Below, piece after piece: positions 61,738-64,000 of a stretch of 64,000 nucleotides of DNA. The position numbers and the translations under genes are program-made. The notes under the pieces were generated by a model. That model made no database searches. It saw only the letters and a program-made list of their open reading frames with translations, and was not told where the DNA came from. How positions within the stretch are numbered: position 1 is the first letter of the stretch; each line of letters begins with the position of its first letter. The stretch covers positions 62,001 to 126,000 of the IMG/VR virus record IMGVR_UViG_3300036853_000446. One strand, written 5' to 3'.

Positions 61738-63892
61738 TGGTCATGCCTCTCGTGGTTTGGCGCTGACATACACCGCTGACCGCACGACCGAGCACGGTGT
61801 TGCGATGGATCACCTTGTTGTTGTCAATCGCCCGCTGGAGCGCGGATTTCTGCCCGAGAAGCCAGACCTGCTTCCGAGCGCGCGTGACCGCCGTATACAA
61901 GAGGTTCCGCTGCAGCATTCCCCCCTGCTCGGACACGATCGGCATGATGATCGTGTCGAACTCGTTTCCCTGGCTCTTGTGCACGGTAACCGCGTACGCG
62001 AGGCGCAAACTCATTTCGGCTTCTGCATCCGTGAATGAAACCCTCGCGTCGTCGTCCACGCCGTAGATGCACACGCTCAGACAGTTTTCACGGATCGAGA
62101 GAAGCTTCCCGACGTCGCCGTTGTAGATGCCCTTCTTGTAATCGTTCTTGATCACCATGAGGCGGTCCCCCACTCGAAAGTGCTGCTTCTCCCCTCGCCA
62201 CTCGGCGGCGCCCGGTGGATTCAGCACCTGGCGCAGCGCAGCGTTGAGGGCGTCGACGCCGACGACGCCGCCGTATTTTGCCGAAAGGACCTGAAAGTTC
62301 TCGTCCCGTCCCTTCAATTTCTCCGCCATGCGGACGATGCAGTTCTGAATCTGCTTGGCGTCGTTCATCGCGACGAATTTAAATTCGGAATCGCCCTTGG
62401 GATCCCCGAGTTCGGGCATCTCGCCGTTATTGATTCGGTGGGAGTTGCTGACGATGCCCCCCTCGCTCGACTGCCTAAAGATCCGAGTCAGGTTGACTCG
62501 CGGAAGGGAGTCGCACGCGGCCAGCTCTTTGAGGACGTTGCCCGGGCCAACGGACGGCAGCTGCGCGGAATCTCCCACGAGAACGAGGATGGTGTCGGGA
62601 CGCAGCGACTCGAGGAGGCGGTAAATCAATTCCTGGTCGACCATGGAAACCTCGTCGACGATGACGGCGTCGATCACGAATCGGTTGTGGAAATCGAATT
62701 TCCAAACCGATCCATCGTATCCGAGCGCCCTATGGATGGTGGACGCGGGGTAGCCCGTGATGCGTGAGAGGCGTTTCGAAGCGATGCCCGTGGGGGCCAT
62801 GAGAACGAACGAGATACGGGACTCTTCGAAAAGTCGAACGAGCGCCCGCACGGAGGTCGACTTGCCGGTGCCGGGCAAGCCGGTGATGACGAGGACCCTC
62901 GATTTCGACAGGCCTTGAACGACTCCCTTTTGAGCCTCGGACAATTCGAGCTGCGTCGTTCGCTGAAACTCTACCAGGAACGGACTCAGATCGACCGCCA
63001 ACGTGGCAGGACTGAGGAGTTCGGCGATTCGCTTTGCGGAGACCCGCTCGTATTCAAAATACTCCGGCAAGTAAACTCGAGACGCGCCGTCGACGATGAC
63101 AGCCCCCTGTTCTGCGAGCGCCTCGAGCGCTAACGAATAGTTTCCCAGGACCGGCTCCTCGCACGGAATGTCTGCAGCGACCTTCGGGATATCGCCGGGC
63201 CTGAGGAACAAGTGCCCACTCCGAGTCGCATGATCGAGACTCCACAGGACAGCCCCGCCCACTCGCCGCGGATCCGACGCGCTGACGCCCACGCTCAGAG
63301 CGAATTCGTCCGCCTTTACAAAGCTGAAGCCCGGAAGCTGCATCAGCCGGTAGGGATTGTCCTTCAGGAGGCTCCCCGCGTCCGACCCGAATTTCTGCAC
63401 GGCAGCTTCGATGTCTGACGCCGGTATGCCTCTCAACAGATGCGAGAGCCCACATGTGGCGATCGCCTGCTCCCAGCCCAGCAGCGTCGCCTGGAGATCT
63501 GCCCGATTGCCCGCGCTGACCTCGGCCAGTACCGTTGCCGGCGTTTTCAAGGCTTCGATGACTTTAGTCTCGTAGCGCATGCAGATCGCGTGCACCGAGG
63601 CGCTGTCGGCACCTCGGATACAATTACTAAAGAAGATCTGGAAACCCGGTCGATGATTGAACCATGGCTCCCAGGTGTGGATCTTGAACTGTCGCCCGAA
63701 TTTCTTGTGCTGAGTCCAATCGCCCCAGAGATGAATCGGCGCGCCCGACATCAACCGGGTAATACCAAACAAGTGGCCACGCGCCGTCCACGACATCTTT
63801 CCTTCCACCATCTCGTCGAGGACGAGAACGACCACGAAGAAGGAACCGCTCTGAAAGATGACCTTTGCGACGGCGCCGCAGAGTTCCGTCAC
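61706..63892 (-). CDS. recD: RecD2-like SF1B helicase (728 aa)
   Basis: NPY.L...GF...D, TGLPGTGKS, APTG, VDEVSMVD, GD..QLPSVGPG, IFRQ, YAVTVHKSQG.EF, YTAVTRA. Confidence 0.93.
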   Translation of the reverse strand: MTELCGAVAKVIFQSGSFFVVVLVLDEMVEGKMSWTARGHLFGITRLMSGAPIHLWGDWTQHKKFGRQFKIHTWEPWFNHRPGFQIFFSNCIRGADSASVHAICMRYETKVIEALKTPATVLAEVSAGNRADLQATLLGWEQAIATCGLSHLLRGIPASDIEAAVQKFGSDAGSLLKDNPYRLMQLPGFSFVKADEFALSVGVSASDPRRVGGAVLWSLDHATRSGHLFLRPGDIPKVAADIPCEEPVLGNYSLALEALAEQGAVIVDGASRVYLPEYFEYERVSAKRIAELLSPATLAVDLSPFLVEFQRTTQLELSEAQKGVVQGLSKSRVLVITGLPGTGKSTSVRALVRLFEESRISFVLMAPTGIASKRLSRITGYPASTIHRALGYDGSVWKFDFHNRFVIDAVIVDEVSMVDQELIYRLLESLRPDTILVLVGDSAQLPSVGPGNVLKELAACDSLPRVNLTRIFRQSSEGGIVSNSHRINNGEMPELGDPKGDSEFKFVAMNDAKQIQNCIVRMAEKLKGRDENFQVLSAKYGGVVGVDALNAALRQVLNPPGAAEWRGEKQHFRVGDRLMVIKNDYKKGIYNGDVGKLLSIRENCLSVCIYGVDDDARVSFTDAEAEMSLRLAYAVTVHKSQGNEFDTIIMPIVSEQGGMLQRNLLYTAVTRARKQVWLLGQKSALQRAIDNNKVIHRNTVLGRAVSGVCQRQTTRGMTSDTRAERQDL

Positions 63893-64000
63893 GCGAGCAT
63901 GTCCAGGAATTGGTTCTCGGAGATGCAGGCAGTCCCATTCTTACGAGCGGCCAAAGCCTTGCCGGAGGTCGACTCGGGGTCGGACGTGACGAGGAAAGTC
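63889..64000 (-). CDS. ligA: C-terminal BRCT end of an NAD-dependent DNA ligase (5'-truncated)
   Basis: Not in the ORF track. Manual translation TFLVTSDPESTSGKALAARKNGTACISENQFLDMLA-stop matches the LigA BRCT end; stop overlaps the helicase GTG. Confidence 0.65.
   Translation of the reverse strand, partial: TFLVTSDPESTSGKALAARKNGTACISENQFLDMLA

Noticed and set aside
1-64000. Stop-codon reassignment (TGA or TAG recoding seen in some large phages)
   Set aside because: Conserved proteins are full length in code 11, and both TGA and TAG stops abut or overlap the next start throughout.

Overview
The window is a 64-kb segment of a large, GC-rich tailed bacteriophage genome. Every credible gene lies on the minus strand. 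In transcription order (right to left) there are three parts. (1) A replication/recombination block: C-terminal BRCT end of an NAD-dependent ligase, RecD2-like helicase, possible SSB, RuvC-like resolvase, RecA, an SbcC/Rad50 ATPase split into two separated genes, SbcD/Mre11, Cas4/AddB-like nuclease, beta-clamp, TOPRIM primase core, DnaX clamp loader, a NusG-5'-3' exonuclease fusion, a tandem sigma4-HTH protein and a triple HNH-like protein. (2) A head block: terminase, an AT-richer insert (ADP-ribosyltransferase-like protein plus an orphan type III Mod-like DNA methyltransferase), portal, prohead protease, scaffold, decoration protein, major capsid protein and several large low-complexity, probably internal head proteins. 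(3) A tail/fibre block: a 1742-aa fibre of nine His-x-His modules, a LamG protein, a patatin phospholipase and paralogous beta-rich proteins. The most notable signals are a recurring [K/R]-x-A and R-V-A-x-R-[YHF]-L peptide code across head proteins, suggesting a protease-processed cargo/polyprotein system that includes a packaged ART; a CTTTT-core DNA motif upstream of ten structural genes; the NusG-FEN fusion; and the Rad50 split at its zinc hook. All functional calls come from motif recognition by eye; no database searches were run. No tRNA, rRNA or CRISPR array was seen.
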